Virus record (IMG/VR): IMGVR_UViG_3300033407_000048
Location: 1-41,584 of that record
Direction: 5' to 3' (one strand)
Origin: a virus
Lineage: Duplodnaviria > Caudoviricetes
Length of the DNA: 41,584 nucleotides
In this document: piece after piece, positions 7,543-15,495 of the stretch
Position numbering within the stretch: position 1 is the first letter of the stretch
Layout of the letters: each line of letters starts with the position of its first letter
Program-made: the position numbers and the translations under genes
The notes under the pieces: generated by a model
The model's database searches: none
Told to the model about the DNA's origin: nothing
What the model saw: only the letters and a program-made list of their open reading frames with translations

Positions 7543-8255
7543 GCTATCGTGTGCAGATTGAAGTGAAAGTCTACCATCTTGATGGCACACTGTGGGCCGC
7601 GGCCGATTCTCTCAATGCGCTCCGGCCGCTTCTCGACCGCGTCAAGCTGGGCGACCGCGTCAAGCTGGGCGACGGGGTCAAGCTGGGCAACTGGGTCAAG
7701 CTGGGCGACCGCGTCAAGCTGGGCGAGGGGGTCACGCTGGGCGACGGGGTCAAGCTGGGCGACGGGGTCAAGCTGGGCGACCGCGTCACGCTGGGCGACC
7801 GCGTCACGCTGGGCGACGGGGTCACGCTGGGCGACGGGGTCAAGCTGGGCGACGGGGTCAAGCTGGGCGACGGGGTCACGCTGGGCAACCGCGTCACGTC
7901 GACCCGACTCAACGAGGACGCTTGCACAGCGTATGCCGCGCTCGGCCCCGTACACCGTTTCACAAAATGGGTCACAGCGAGTCGCATGAGCCCGAACTTC
8001 GACGGCGGAACGCGGATCTCGTATCCCGTCGGCGAGAAGATCCGCACCGAATCCGCGGTGAGATCAGATCAGCAATGCGCGGAGGGGCTGCACGTCCTGG
8101 AGTACGGCCACAGACCCGAGTGGCATGGACTATGCGAGGCGGATCACAACTACATCCCGATCGACGTGGAGGTCAAGAGCGAGGACATTCTATTCGCCGG
8201 CGTGGCGTCGATGCGCGGCAAGATCCGCGTGCGTGCGCTCAAGGTGCTAACGTGA
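7539..8255 (+). CDS. Hexapeptide-repeat (left-handed beta-helix) protein with C-terminal CAEGLH domain
   Basis: 14 x V(K/T)LG(D/N/E)(R/G/W); CAEGLH and GKIRV motifs. Confidence 0.75.
   Translation: MSYRVQIEVKVYHLDGTLWAAADSLNALRPLLDRVKLGDRVKLGDGVKLGNWVKLGDRVKLGEGVTLGDGVKLGDGVKLGDRVTLGDRVTLGDGVTLGDGVKLGDGVKLGDGVTLGNRVTSTRLNEDACTAYAALGPVHRFTKWVTASRMSPNFDGGTRISYPVGEKIRTESAVRSDQQCAEGLHVLEYGHRPEWHGLCEADHNYIPIDVEVKSEDILFAGVASMRGKIRVRALKVLT
7641..7892 (+). repeat. 18-bp tandem coding repeat, 14 copies
   Basis: gtca(a/c)gctgggcgac(cgc/ggg) units. Confidence 0.92.
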
Positions 8256-9079
8256 TGACCCCAGAATTGCTTAACGCAGTGGCAGTCCCGCAATTCATTA
8301 GCCTTGGTGCTGGCGTGCAATCATCAACGATGGCACTGTTGGCTGCCGATGGCGCGATCGCGCCGTCCCCGGTTGCGGCAATCTTCGCGGACACGATGGC
8401 TGAGCCACGTTCAGTTTACTCGTGGCTTGATCAGCTCAAAACGATGCTGCCGTATCCCGTCATCTGTGTCTCTGCCGGCAACCTGCGATCTGCCTCTACG
8501 TCTGTCCGCGTGTCAAGGAACGGTCGGGCCTATGTGCCTACCTCCATCCCGGGATTTGTCGGCCAGTCGTTAGCGCCGATGATGCGGCAATGCACACGAG
8601 ACTACAAAATACGCCCCATCATGAGAGCCGTCCGCAGGGTGCTGTCCGATAGAGGATTACCAAAGCGAGCAGTACAATGGATTGGGATAAGCACAGACGA
8701 AGTAATGCGGATAAAGCCCTCCCGTGAACGCTGGACGGAGAATCGCTGGCCGCTGATCGAGCTGAATATGAGTCGGGGAGATTGCGTGGCGTACCTCGCG
8801 GCCCGTGGCCTTAAAGCTCCAAGGTCAGCTTGTGCCTTCTGTCCGTTTCATTCCGATGCGGAGTGGTCGCGTCTCAAGAGAGAGGAGCCAGACACCTTCG
8901 CGGCTGTGGTCGAGTACGAGCGCGAGATGCAATCGGCCTTCTCTCGGACGCGCCACTTAGATGGAGTCCCCTGGCTCCACAGATCAGGATTGCCCATCGG
9001 TGAGGCGGTAGATTCCAAAGTCAATCAATCACAGATGTCATTGTGGGGCAACGAATGCGAGGGAGTCTGCGGGGTATGA
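8255..9079 (+). CDS. PAPS-reductase-like / adenine nucleotide alpha-hydrolase protein
   Basis: ISLGAGVQSS PP-loop, AIFADT, RQCTRDYK, WIGISTDE, SACAFCPF; start at TGATG overlap. Confidence 0.8.
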   Translation: MTPELLNAVAVPQFISLGAGVQSSTMALLAADGAIAPSPVAAIFADTMAEPRSVYSWLDQLKTMLPYPVICVSAGNLRSASTSVRVSRNGRAYVPTSIPGFVGQSLAPMMRQCTRDYKIRPIMRAVRRVLSDRGLPKRAVQWIGISTDEVMRIKPSRERWTENRWPLIELNMSRGDCVAYLAARGLKAPRSACAFCPFHSDAEWSRLKREEPDTFAAVVEYEREMQSAFSRTRHLDGVPWLHRSGLPIGEAVDSKVNQSQMSLWGNECEGVCGV

Positions 9080-9275
9080 CCCGCCGACAGTCCCGCCGGC
9101 GGCCGGTTTCTAGTCCGGCCAGCCGCCCGCTTCTGAATGAGGAGGAGACCGATGCCAACACCAACACTGTGCAAGCGTGAGGTTTCAGAAAGAGGCCGCG
9201 GAGTGGCGCAAAATCGCAGGACTTGGAGGAGCCAAAGAGTGAAGCTATCTAGCGTGCGAAGGAGGATGCCGAACA

Positions 9276-9557
9276 ATGAAGCGCGAATTGCTGCACAACA
9301 AGTGTAACTGGAAGGTGCAACCGGTAACTCTTGACACAGACCCCGTCGCACTTGCGGAGGTCTTTGTGTTTGGCGAAGACGTCACGCGCGTTTATGGCAC
9401 GGCCCGCGGCTCGTACATGTGCGACAACTGCGGCGAAGGGATCGAGATGGGCGAGCCGGTCATTGCCCTGTCGGTTTCAACGACAGCGGCGCCCTACTTC
9501 AAATGGGAGGACGACTACGTGGAGGTCGCGGAGGAGCCGAAGAATGAAGCTACCTAG
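9276..9557 (+). CDS. Hypothetical protein with CxxC
   Basis: GGAGG RBS; YMCDNCG. Confidence 0.55.
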   Translation: MKRELLHNKCNWKVQPVTLDTDPVALAEVFVFGEDVTRVYGTARGSYMCDNCGEGIEMGEPVIALSVSTTAAPYFKWEDDYVEVAEEPKNEAT

Positions 9558-9645
9558 CGTCCGCAGCCTGATCTACATCGCAATCGCGAGCATCGTGATT
9601 CCATTCGCCATGGCTTGGCTCCTCGACGCCTGCGGGATGTGGTGA
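9544..9645 (+). CDS. Small single-TM protein
   Basis: GGAGGAG RBS; MKLPSVRSLIYIAIASIVIPFAMAWLL. Confidence 0.45.
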   Translation: MKLPSVRSLIYIAIASIVIPFAMAWLLDACGMW

Positions 9646-9646
9646 G

Positions 9647-9759
9647 ATGAAGCCGTACTACGACCACGGCGGTTGCGGCACGGCGTCGATGGCCAAGAAG
9701 TCATCGACCTGCCAACTGCAACGCCGATTCAGCACGTCCAAGGAGAGATCCTCGAATGA
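9647..9759 (+). pseudogene. Internally deleted DNA methyltransferase remnant
   Basis: MKPYYDHGG start typical of phage adenine/N4C MTases, joined out of frame to RLRHGVDGQ...QGEILE* whose stop overlaps the next ATG. Confidence 0.5.
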
Positions 9760-10091
9760 GCCTTCTGGAAGCTGATTTCCAGCGTCAAGTCATGGCGCTT
9801 CTGCGCGCTTCGCCGCGCGTCGTGTGGGCTCGGCGCCTGAACAGCGGGAAGATCAAGAGTCGTCGCGGAGGATGGGTCAAGCTCGGAGACACAGGCGATC
9901 CCGACATCGTGGGAATGCTCGACGGCGGCCGATTCTTCGCGATCGAGCTGAAGCGCGCCGACGCGCCGCAGAGCGACCACGCGGAGCGACGCGAGAAACA
10001 AAGGGAAGTGCTGAGAACGATCGGCGCAGGACACGGTCTCGTCGTCTTCGCGTCGACCATCGAGGAGATTCAGAAAGGGCTCGGGATATGA
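9756..10091 (+). CDS. VRR-NUC domain nuclease (Holliday junction resolvase-like)
   Basis: EADFQ, GDPDIVG, FFAIELK, Q motifs. Confidence 0.85.
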   Translation: MSLLEADFQRQVMALLRASPRVVWARRLNSGKIKSRRGGWVKLGDTGDPDIVGMLDGGRFFAIELKRADAPQSDHAERREKQREVLRTIGAGHGLVVFASTIEEIQKGLGI

Positions 10092-10131
10092 TCCAAGGAC
10101 GGACATTGGCGCAGGGATGCGCCGCAGTTCG

Positions 10132-10287
10132 ATGAGGCTCGCGCTCGCTTTCATCCTCGCATTCTTCGTCCTCTCCGAACTCGTCGGCCTATGGTGGGCC
10201 GTGCCATGGGAGGTCGACATCATCGGCGCCGGAGCGATCCTCTTGACGTTGGCGGCATGGTGGTTGAAGCCGTGGCGGAAGCCGTGA
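10132..10287 (+). CDS. Small two-TM membrane protein
   Basis: MRLALAFILAFFVLSELVGLWW...ILLTLAAWWLKPWRKP. Confidence 0.45.
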   Translation: MRLALAFILAFFVLSELVGLWWAVPWEVDIIGAGAILLTLAAWWLKPWRKP

Positions 10288-10535
10288 TCCGGTCCGGCAT
10301 GCTCCACACCTTCGGGCTCGCCGACGTCATCTACGACGGGCGCCGGAGCGATCCTCAGCCGCGAGTCCCACGGCTGCGCCTCTGCCCGGGCTACGAGTCG
10401 ATCATCGATGCGGAGTCGATTACTGGCGCGAGGGTCATGGCGTCATGCCCGGTCTGCCGGCGGCGCGTCGCCGGGGCCTTCTGGGCCGGGGAGTTCCGGA
10501 TCGGTAGGCATCCGCGCCACAGGAGGAGCCACTAA
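10284..10535 (+). CDS. Small hypothetical metal-binding protein
   Basis: GTGA overlap; CPG...CPVC...H motif; start uncertain. Confidence 0.4.
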   Translation: MIRSGMLHTFGLADVIYDGRRSDPQPRVPRLRLCPGYESIIDAESITGARVMASCPVCRRRVAGAFWAGEFRIGRHPRHRRSH

Positions 10536-10580
10536 CTCTATATCCCATGCGACCTTAGAAGAAATCTTCTCCCTGCCAAA

Positions 10581-10617
10581 ATAAACCGTTGACATCGTGG
10601 ACGGTTCGCCCGATACT
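10581..10617 (+). promoter_or_regulatory. Early promoter 2 with operator AACCGT-N11-ACGGTT
   Basis: TTGACA 10589-10594, 17 bp, GATACT 10612-10617; perfect inverted repeat 10584-10589/10601-10606. Confidence 0.75.
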
Positions 10618-10657
10618 TGGCCTAGGTAGAGGAGAAGGCCATGAACCGCAATCAATC

Positions 10658-10729
10658 GACAGCGAAGCCCGGCAGCCGTACCCCAAGGAGACTGGCCTCT
10701 CCAGCGGCGCGCCGGGCTTCCTGTCTTTC
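10658..10729 (+). ncRNA. Structured leader RNA / possible attenuator
   Basis: GACAG-GAAGCCCGGC-GCCG pairs with CGGC-GCCGGGCTTC-CTGTC; inner CTGG/CCAG hairpin. Confidence 0.5.
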
Positions 10730-10745
10730 CACAAGGGAGAGTGTG

Positions 10746-11213
10746 ATGGGATACGACGAATCGAAAGCCAGAGAGCCGCAGCACGTCGGCGATGACCGCT
10801 GCCCGGAGTGCGGAGGTGACCCAACCGGGACTCCGTGCTGCGATTCCGAGGCGGCACGCCAGAGCCAATCGTCCGCTCGGACATCGACTCAGGCCGCGAT
10901 CGCGGTGGGACGAGCGATCCTCAATCTTCAGGTCGTGGCGGACGGCATGACGAGCATCCATCGAGATCACCGCGGCGATCTCGCGGCAGACGTCCGCGCT
11001 ATCCTGCAATCCGGACTCGATCCGGTGGCCTACCGCCGCGCTCTTGCTGCGGCGCGGGGTGTCGATGTCAGTGAGGTCGATGCCGTCATCGCGGCCGTGG
11101 GCGGGACTCCTCGCCAGGTCTCGGCCGAGACGGTCGCCCAGGAGCGGCTGGCTGAGGAGCGTCGGCACGACGCCGCGTGGAGAGTCCACGACGGAGAGGA
11201 GGAGACGGCATGA
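10746..11213 (+). CDS. Hypothetical protein (CPECGG motif)
   Basis: AGGGAG RBS before ATG 10746; alternative in-frame start 10641. Confidence 0.6.
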   Translation: MGYDESKAREPQHVGDDRCPECGGDPTGTPCCDSEAARQSQSSARTSTQAAIAVGRAILNLQVVADGMTSIHRDHRGDLAADVRAILQSGLDPVAYRRALAAARGVDVSEVDAVIAAVGGTPRQVSAETVAQERLAEERRHDAAWRVHDGEEETA

Positions 11214-11635
11214 CGACTCAGAGAGAGTGCGCGATCTGCGCGAGTGCCGGGATCGAGACCGAGGGAGTGGTCGAGATCCCGCGCGATGACGTGCGGGACG
11301 GGCTGGAGCTGCGGGCGGTCTACGCCTGCGCGGAGTGCGCGAGAGAGATGCAGGATACCCCGAGTCCCTGGATGCTCGCGGCGGACGGCGCGCTCAGGTG
11401 CAGGGGGTGCCAGCTCACCCCGGACCTGTGCGCGTGCCGGCGCACCGAGGCGCCGCCGCTGGGCGGCGAGGCGTCGCACCGTCTCTCCACGGGCGACCCG
11501 GTGGCGTGCGAGGCGTGCGGAGCTGCTGGCCCCTACGACCCGGCCGCCGATCTACCCGGCGCCATCACGCACGCATCGGACGGCGTGACGCTGCTGTGCG
11601 CAGACTGCCCCGACGCGCTCGCGGAGGAGCGGTGA
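11210..11635 (+). CDS. Multi-CxxC zinc-finger protein
   Basis: Five CxxC motifs; strong RBS; coupled. Confidence 0.6.
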   Translation: MTTQRECAICASAGIETEGVVEIPRDDVRDGLELRAVYACAECAREMQDTPSPWMLAADGALRCRGCQLTPDLCACRRTEAPPLGGEASHRLSTGDPVACEACGAAGPYDPAADLPGAITHASDGVTLLCADCPDALAEER

Positions 11636-11925
11636 GCGCGCGGGTGTGGGTGCTAGGGGCCGACGACCCCGAGATGATGGCGATCGAGGCGCTGCTCATG
11701 CAGACGGGCGAGGAGGTCAGATACGCGACGATGGGTGGCGTGTGCTTCGTGTCCGACGGGCTACCCGGCCCGGACGGCCGCGTAAAGACGGTGTGCCAGA
11801 GCGGCACGCCGGAGCAGATCGCCGCGTTCATGGGCTCGTGGGCGCCGGCTCACGGGCTCACGGACATCTATGGCGACCCCGCGCGAGGGTTCGCGGGCGG
11901 AGACAAGCAGGAAGATGCGAGATGA
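11632..11925 (+). CDS. Truncated member of phage LGxxDPEM...YGDPARGFAGG family (DHH/NrN-like N-terminus)
   Basis: GTGA coupling, GGAGGAG RBS; both terminal motifs present but no DHH core. Confidence 0.55.
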   Translation: MSARVWVLGADDPEMMAIEALLMQTGEEVRYATMGGVCFVSDGLPGPDGRVKTVCQSGTPEQIAAFMGSWAPAHGLTDIYGDPARGFAGGDKQEDAR

Positions 11926-12215
11926 GCGACGCCGCCGAAAGAGCCCTGCGGCGCGCGGAGGCCGACTACCGCCGCCTCCCGTGCCACCACACGGAGACCC
12001 ACCGCGACCTAGCGCGCCGCCGCGCCGAGTCCGAGTCCCGCATCCGCGCCTACTTCCGCGACACCTACGACGGGCCCGCCGACGGCGGCGGGTCCGGCAT
12101 CGACCCCGCGATCCGTGATCTCATGGACGCCTGGGCCGACGCTCACGGTATCGTCGGCACACGCGACCGGTGGGAAGCGGTCATGCAGATGATAGATCAG
12201 ACGGAGGCGACCTAA
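11922..12215 (+). CDS. Hypothetical protein
   Basis: ATGA coupling. Confidence 0.5.
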   Translation: MSDAAERALRRAEADYRRLPCHHTETHRDLARRRAESESRIRAYFRDTYDGPADGGGSGIDPAIRDLMDAWADAHGIVGTRDRWEAVMQMIDQTEAT

Positions 12216-12249
12216 CCGCGGCCTAACCGCCGCAACGGAGGCATGCGCC

Positions 12250-12669
12250 ATGTCCCTGGACCACGTAATCCGTATCATCCCAATCCCGGGCACAGTCCCC
12301 CCGACGCCGCGTCACCAGCCCGTCGCCGATCCCACCGCCGCGATCCTCGCGCTCGCAGAGCTGGCCGACCTACTCCTGTCCCATCCCATCACCGACGCGG
12401 AAGCGCAGCACTACGCGGAGAGCGTATCTCGCGCCGCGTACCGGCTCCAGCACGCGCTGGACTGGACCTACGACGCTACTCCGATTGAAATCGATCTCAT
12501 GGACCACGTCTATCTCGTGTGCCGCGCAGATGTGCGGATCCACATCGAGCAGAAGGTGGGCGCGATGCCGGCGATGCTGTACCGGTACGCGGTGGACAGG
12601 CCGCTGCGGACACTGATCGGTATCGCACGCGGGCTCGGGCTCGATCGGATCGGAGGTGAGCATGTCTAG
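12250..12669 (+). CDS. Hypothetical protein
   Basis: GGAGG RBS; plausible codon usage. Confidence 0.55.
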   Translation: MSLDHVIRIIPIPGTVPPTPRHQPVADPTAAILALAELADLLLSHPITDAEAQHYAESVSRAAYRLQHALDWTYDATPIEIDLMDHVYLVCRADVRIHIEQKVGAMPAMLYRYAVDRPLRTLIGIARGLGLDRIGGEHV

Positions 12670-13183
12670 CCTACCTCGTGTCACGATCGATCAGGTCATG
12701 TCCTGGCAGCCGTGTATCTCACGCGATGAGGTCGCCGTTTACTTCCGCGGCCGCGTCGATCTCGACGCGCGGGAGATCCTCGCGCTTCATGCACCCGTGG
12801 AATACCGCCTATGGGCCGTACTGCGGCCCGAGATGATCCCGGAGTCGATGCTGTGGGCACTCGCCTGCGACTACGCAGAGCACGTGCTACACATCTACGA
12901 GGCTGCGTATCCGGGCGACGAGCGGCCTCGGGATGCTATCGCGATGAGGAGGGCATGGCTGCGCGGCGAGGCGGATGATGTGGCTCTGGCCGCAGCCTGG
13001 TCCGCAGCCAGGGCCGCAGCCGACGCAGCCGGGGGCGCAGCCTGGGACGCAGCCGACGCAGCCGGGGGCGCAGCCTGGGACGCAGCCTGGGCAGCCAGGG
13101 ACGCAGCCGACGCAGCCGGGGGCGCAGAATCTCTATGGCAGATCGAGCACACGCTAGCTGAACTCGACAAGATCGGAGGATGA
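12662..13183 (+). CDS. Imm5-like protein with Ala-rich AAW(D/A)AA repeats
   Basis: LACDYAEHVLHIYE..YPGDERPRDAI motif, then gcagcc-based repeats around 12990-13126. Confidence 0.7.
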   Translation: MSSLPRVTIDQVMSWQPCISRDEVAVYFRGRVDLDAREILALHAPVEYRLWAVLRPEMIPESMLWALACDYAEHVLHIYEAAYPGDERPRDAIAMRRAWLRGEADDVALAAAWSAARAAADAAGGAAWDAADAAGGAAWDAAWAARDAADAAGGAESLWQIEHTLAELDKIGG

Positions 13184-13230
13184 GTCGCAAACAGACGAGG
13201 CCGACGAGGCCGAATCGAAAGGAGAATGAC

Positions 13231-13599
13231 ATGGGGAAGAAGAAGACGCAGGAACAGATGGAAACGCCCACGACGAAGGAGCCCGACGGGCTCTTGGAAC
13301 TCGGGAACACCATCGCCGACGTCATCATCGAGCTACAGCAGACCTTCACGACCCGGCAGATCAGCGAAGCGTTCAAGGTCGCGCGCGCCGGGCTCAAGTC
13401 CAAGGGAGTCATCGTGAGCGTGGCGGCGCTCCCCGATCTGGAGTTCGGCGACGTCGTCACGGTCAACGCGCGGCGCAACGGCGCGAACGAGCACGTGACC
13501 GGGCGGTACGTCAGGAACACAGACCGCGGGCGTGTCACCGTGCTCGAATCCGGCACCGGCAAGTTCGCGAGCGGGCGGTTCGTGAGCAAGGAAAGGTAG
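13231..13599 (+). CDS. Hypothetical protein, SH3-like C-terminus
   Basis: AAAGGAG RBS; LEFGDVVTV..TGRYV..RVTV. Confidence 0.6.
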   Translation: MGKKKTQEQMETPTTKEPDGLLELGNTIADVIIELQQTFTTRQISEAFKVARAGLKSKGVIVSVAALPDLEFGDVVTVNARRNGANEHVTGRYVRNTDRGRVTVLESGTGKFASGRFVSKER

Positions 13600-13603
13600 A
13601 GAC

Positions 13604-13674
13604 GATGCGCGGGCGGCCGGGTAGTCGTAACCCCATCCGTCAGCCAGGCCAAGACTCCCGGCCGTCCCGCCATC
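13604..13674 (+). ncRNA. Long intergenic stem-loop with ~26-nt loop
   Basis: GATG-GCGGGCGGCCGGG-AGTC pairs with GACT-CCCGGCCGTCCCGC-CATC. Confidence 0.5.
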
Positions 13675-13700
13675 GTTCAAGAAGCGGAAAGGAGATCGTA

Positions 13701-13877
13701 ATGAGCAAGCCTACGGAACTGGAGTTGCAGGAGTTGCAGGACGCCAAAGACGACGATACTTACCACAGCGTCTTCGATGACATCCTGGAGAAGAAGCTCA
13801 TGGAACTCGATCCAGAGTGGATGACAGAGATCAGCAGAATCTATCAGGAGAGCGGAATGGCGCGATGGACCGCGTGA
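13701..13877 (+). CDS. Small acidic hypothetical protein
   Basis: GAAAGGAG RBS. Confidence 0.6.
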   Translation: MSKPTELELQELQDAKDDDTYHSVFDDILEKKLMELDPEWMTEISRIYQESGMARWTA

Positions 13878-14013
13878 CCAAAGAAAGCAGAACGTGATGA
13901 GTAAGTACGACATCTACCACAGCGTCTTCGACGACTTCAAGGAGTTCGTCGAAATGTTGGAAGGAGGCCAGGTCACGATGAAGATGAACTTCACGGCTCG
14001 AAGGAGAAGAGAG

Positions 14014-14394
14014 ATGATCATGTACTACAAAAGAGACGGAACACCTTATGAGAGTACGCCAGAAGATCCATACGGCATGAAAGCGTGGGCGGAGTCCATC
14101 GACAACCATGACAGAAGAGTTGCGCGTACCAAAGTCCCCGGAGGACTTGTCTCAACGGTGTTTGTTGGGATGAACCATCAGTTTGGAGACGGGCCGCCAC
14201 TGATCTTTGAGTCCATGTTCTTCGGAAACGACGGAGAACCAGAAGAGGAAGATCAGGAGCGGTATTCGACCGAGGCCGAGGCGCTCGCCGGTCACGCTCG
14301 CATGGTGAAGAAGTATTCTGGAATCTCACACTGGGTGCGGGCCGTCTGGGCCAAGATAAGGAGGAGCACATGCCACCCACGCAATTCTTCGTGA
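14014..14394 (+). CDS. Conserved phage protein (VSTVF..GPPLIFE.M family)
   Basis: AAGGAG RBS; recognisable motif set; in-frame upstream start near 13897 possible. Confidence 0.7.
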   Translation: MIMYYKRDGTPYESTPEDPYGMKAWAESIDNHDRRVARTKVPGGLVSTVFVGMNHQFGDGPPLIFESMFFGNDGEPEEEDQERYSTEAEALAGHARMVKKYSGISHWVRAVWAKIRRSTCHPRNSS

Positions 14395-15032
14395 TCGACC
14401 CGGATTCTCCGAACGGGAAGCGCCGCGTCCCTGGAGTAACGACCATCGTCAAGTTCTGCGGCGAGTCGGCGGATGGCCTCATCCAATGGGCATGGAAGGT
14501 CGGCTACGACGGCCAGACGCTCGACGACGCCCGACAGAAACCGCGCGATGCAGGCAAGATTGTCCACGCCATGATCGAGGCCGACGTTCGGGGCCAGGAC
14601 CCGCCCGATCTCACGAGTCTCGGTATGGAGATGCGCGAGAAAGCGGAGCGCGCGTTCTCGCAGTTCATCGAGTGGAAGAGAACGGAGAGCTTCGAGACCA
14701 TCGGAGCTGAGCTGTCTCTCGTGAGCCAAAAGCACGGATATGGCGGGACGATGGACCTCGCACGGACGAACGGGCGGGTCACGCTCATGGACTACAAGGC
14801 AGGGAAGGGTCCGTACATCGGGCATCTCGTTCAGCTCGCCGGCTATGGCGGACTCTGGGCCGAGCACAACCCAGACAAGCCGATCGAACGATTCGAGCTA
14901 CTCCGGATCTCGGCAGAGGGCGCATTCCATCATCATTCATGGGAGGCTGCGGTCTTGCGTCCAGCGTGGAGATCGTTCCTCCTCGCGCTCGAACAGCACG
15001 CGCTTCATGCCAGGATGAAGGAGATCCTGTGA
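14370..15032 (+). CDS. PD-(D/E)XK exonuclease (Cas4/RecE-like)
   Basis: PGVTTI, GKIVH, AE, YGGTMDL, MDYK, QLAGY motifs. Confidence 0.85.
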   Translation: MPPTQFFVIDPDSPNGKRRVPGVTTIVKFCGESADGLIQWAWKVGYDGQTLDDARQKPRDAGKIVHAMIEADVRGQDPPDLTSLGMEMREKAERAFSQFIEWKRTESFETIGAELSLVSQKHGYGGTMDLARTNGRVTLMDYKAGKGPYIGHLVQLAGYGGLWAEHNPDKPIERFELLRISAEGAFHHHSWEAAVLRPAWRSFLLALEQHALHARMKEIL

Positions 15033-15169
15033 TCCGATCGATGCTCTATTTCCTCGCCCGTATGATCGGCGACGTGAACGCCGTCCGTCGAGGCCGCGTC
15101 GGGCGCCGACTCGCGCGCAGAGCGGCGGGGAAGCTGACTGGCCGGGCGCTCTGGAGAATGTTCCGATGA
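15029..15169 (+). CDS. Small Arg-rich protein (LARMIGDVNAV family)
   Basis: GTGA coupling, AAGGAG RBS. Confidence 0.6.
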   Translation: MIRSMLYFLARMIGDVNAVRRGRVGRRLARRAAGKLTGRALWRMFR

Positions 15170-15205
15170 AAACCCTTGACAGGTTCAACGGTTCGCGCTT
15201 ACGAT
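15168..15205 (+). promoter_or_regulatory. Early promoter 3 with operator AACCCT-N11-ACGGTT
   Basis: TTGACA 15176-15181, 18 bp, TACGAT 15200-15205; inverted repeat 15171-15176/15188-15193. Confidence 0.72.
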
Positions 15206-15231
15206 ACGCCCTCAAAGGAGGGAATACCGCC

Positions 15232-15495
15232 ATGTTGACATCTCTCGAGTCCAGCGTCCTCGACGCCGTCCACAAACTCGGGCCGCGCCAGGCTAGCGGC
15301 CACGCCGTCCAGCGCGCGCTCGGCCGGCGAAACGCTGTCTATCAAGTCCTCCATCAGCTCGTCAGCAAGGGGCTCGTGACCTGCGACTGGAAGGATCCGC
15401 AGCATACGCGAGGCGGTCAGGGGAAGGTGCGTCTGTACCGCATAACGCCGCGTGGTCGAGCGGTCATGCGCGTCGCGAAGGAGGTCGCGACTTGA
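15232..15495 (+). CDS. PadR-like winged-helix transcriptional regulator
   Basis: AAAGGAGG RBS; SGHAV..VYQVLHQLVSKGLV..W..RLYRITPRGR matches PadR pattern. Confidence 0.78.
   Translation: MLTSLESSVLDAVHKLGPRQASGHAVQRALGRRNAVYQVLHQLVSKGLVTCDWKDPQHTRGGQGKVRLYRITPRGRAVMRVAKEVAT

Noticed and set aside
7641-7892. Tandem repeat as CRISPR array or DGR template
   Set aside because: No unique spacers, in-frame coding repeat, variation not adenine-specific, no reverse transcriptase seen
7592-8254. 495-aa ORF with long N-terminal extension
   Set aside because: Extension is the off-frame shadow of the hexapeptide repeat; real start is 8255
9069-9131. GC-rich intergenic hairpin
   Set aside because: Short irregular pairing expected at this GC content; no promoter or target link found
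12990-13126. gcagcc-rich repeats as regulatory array
   Set aside because: Encodes the Ala/Trp repeats usual in this protein family
15235-15240. Extra TTGACA inside the PadR-like gene
   Set aside because: No -10 element at proper spacing and no operator
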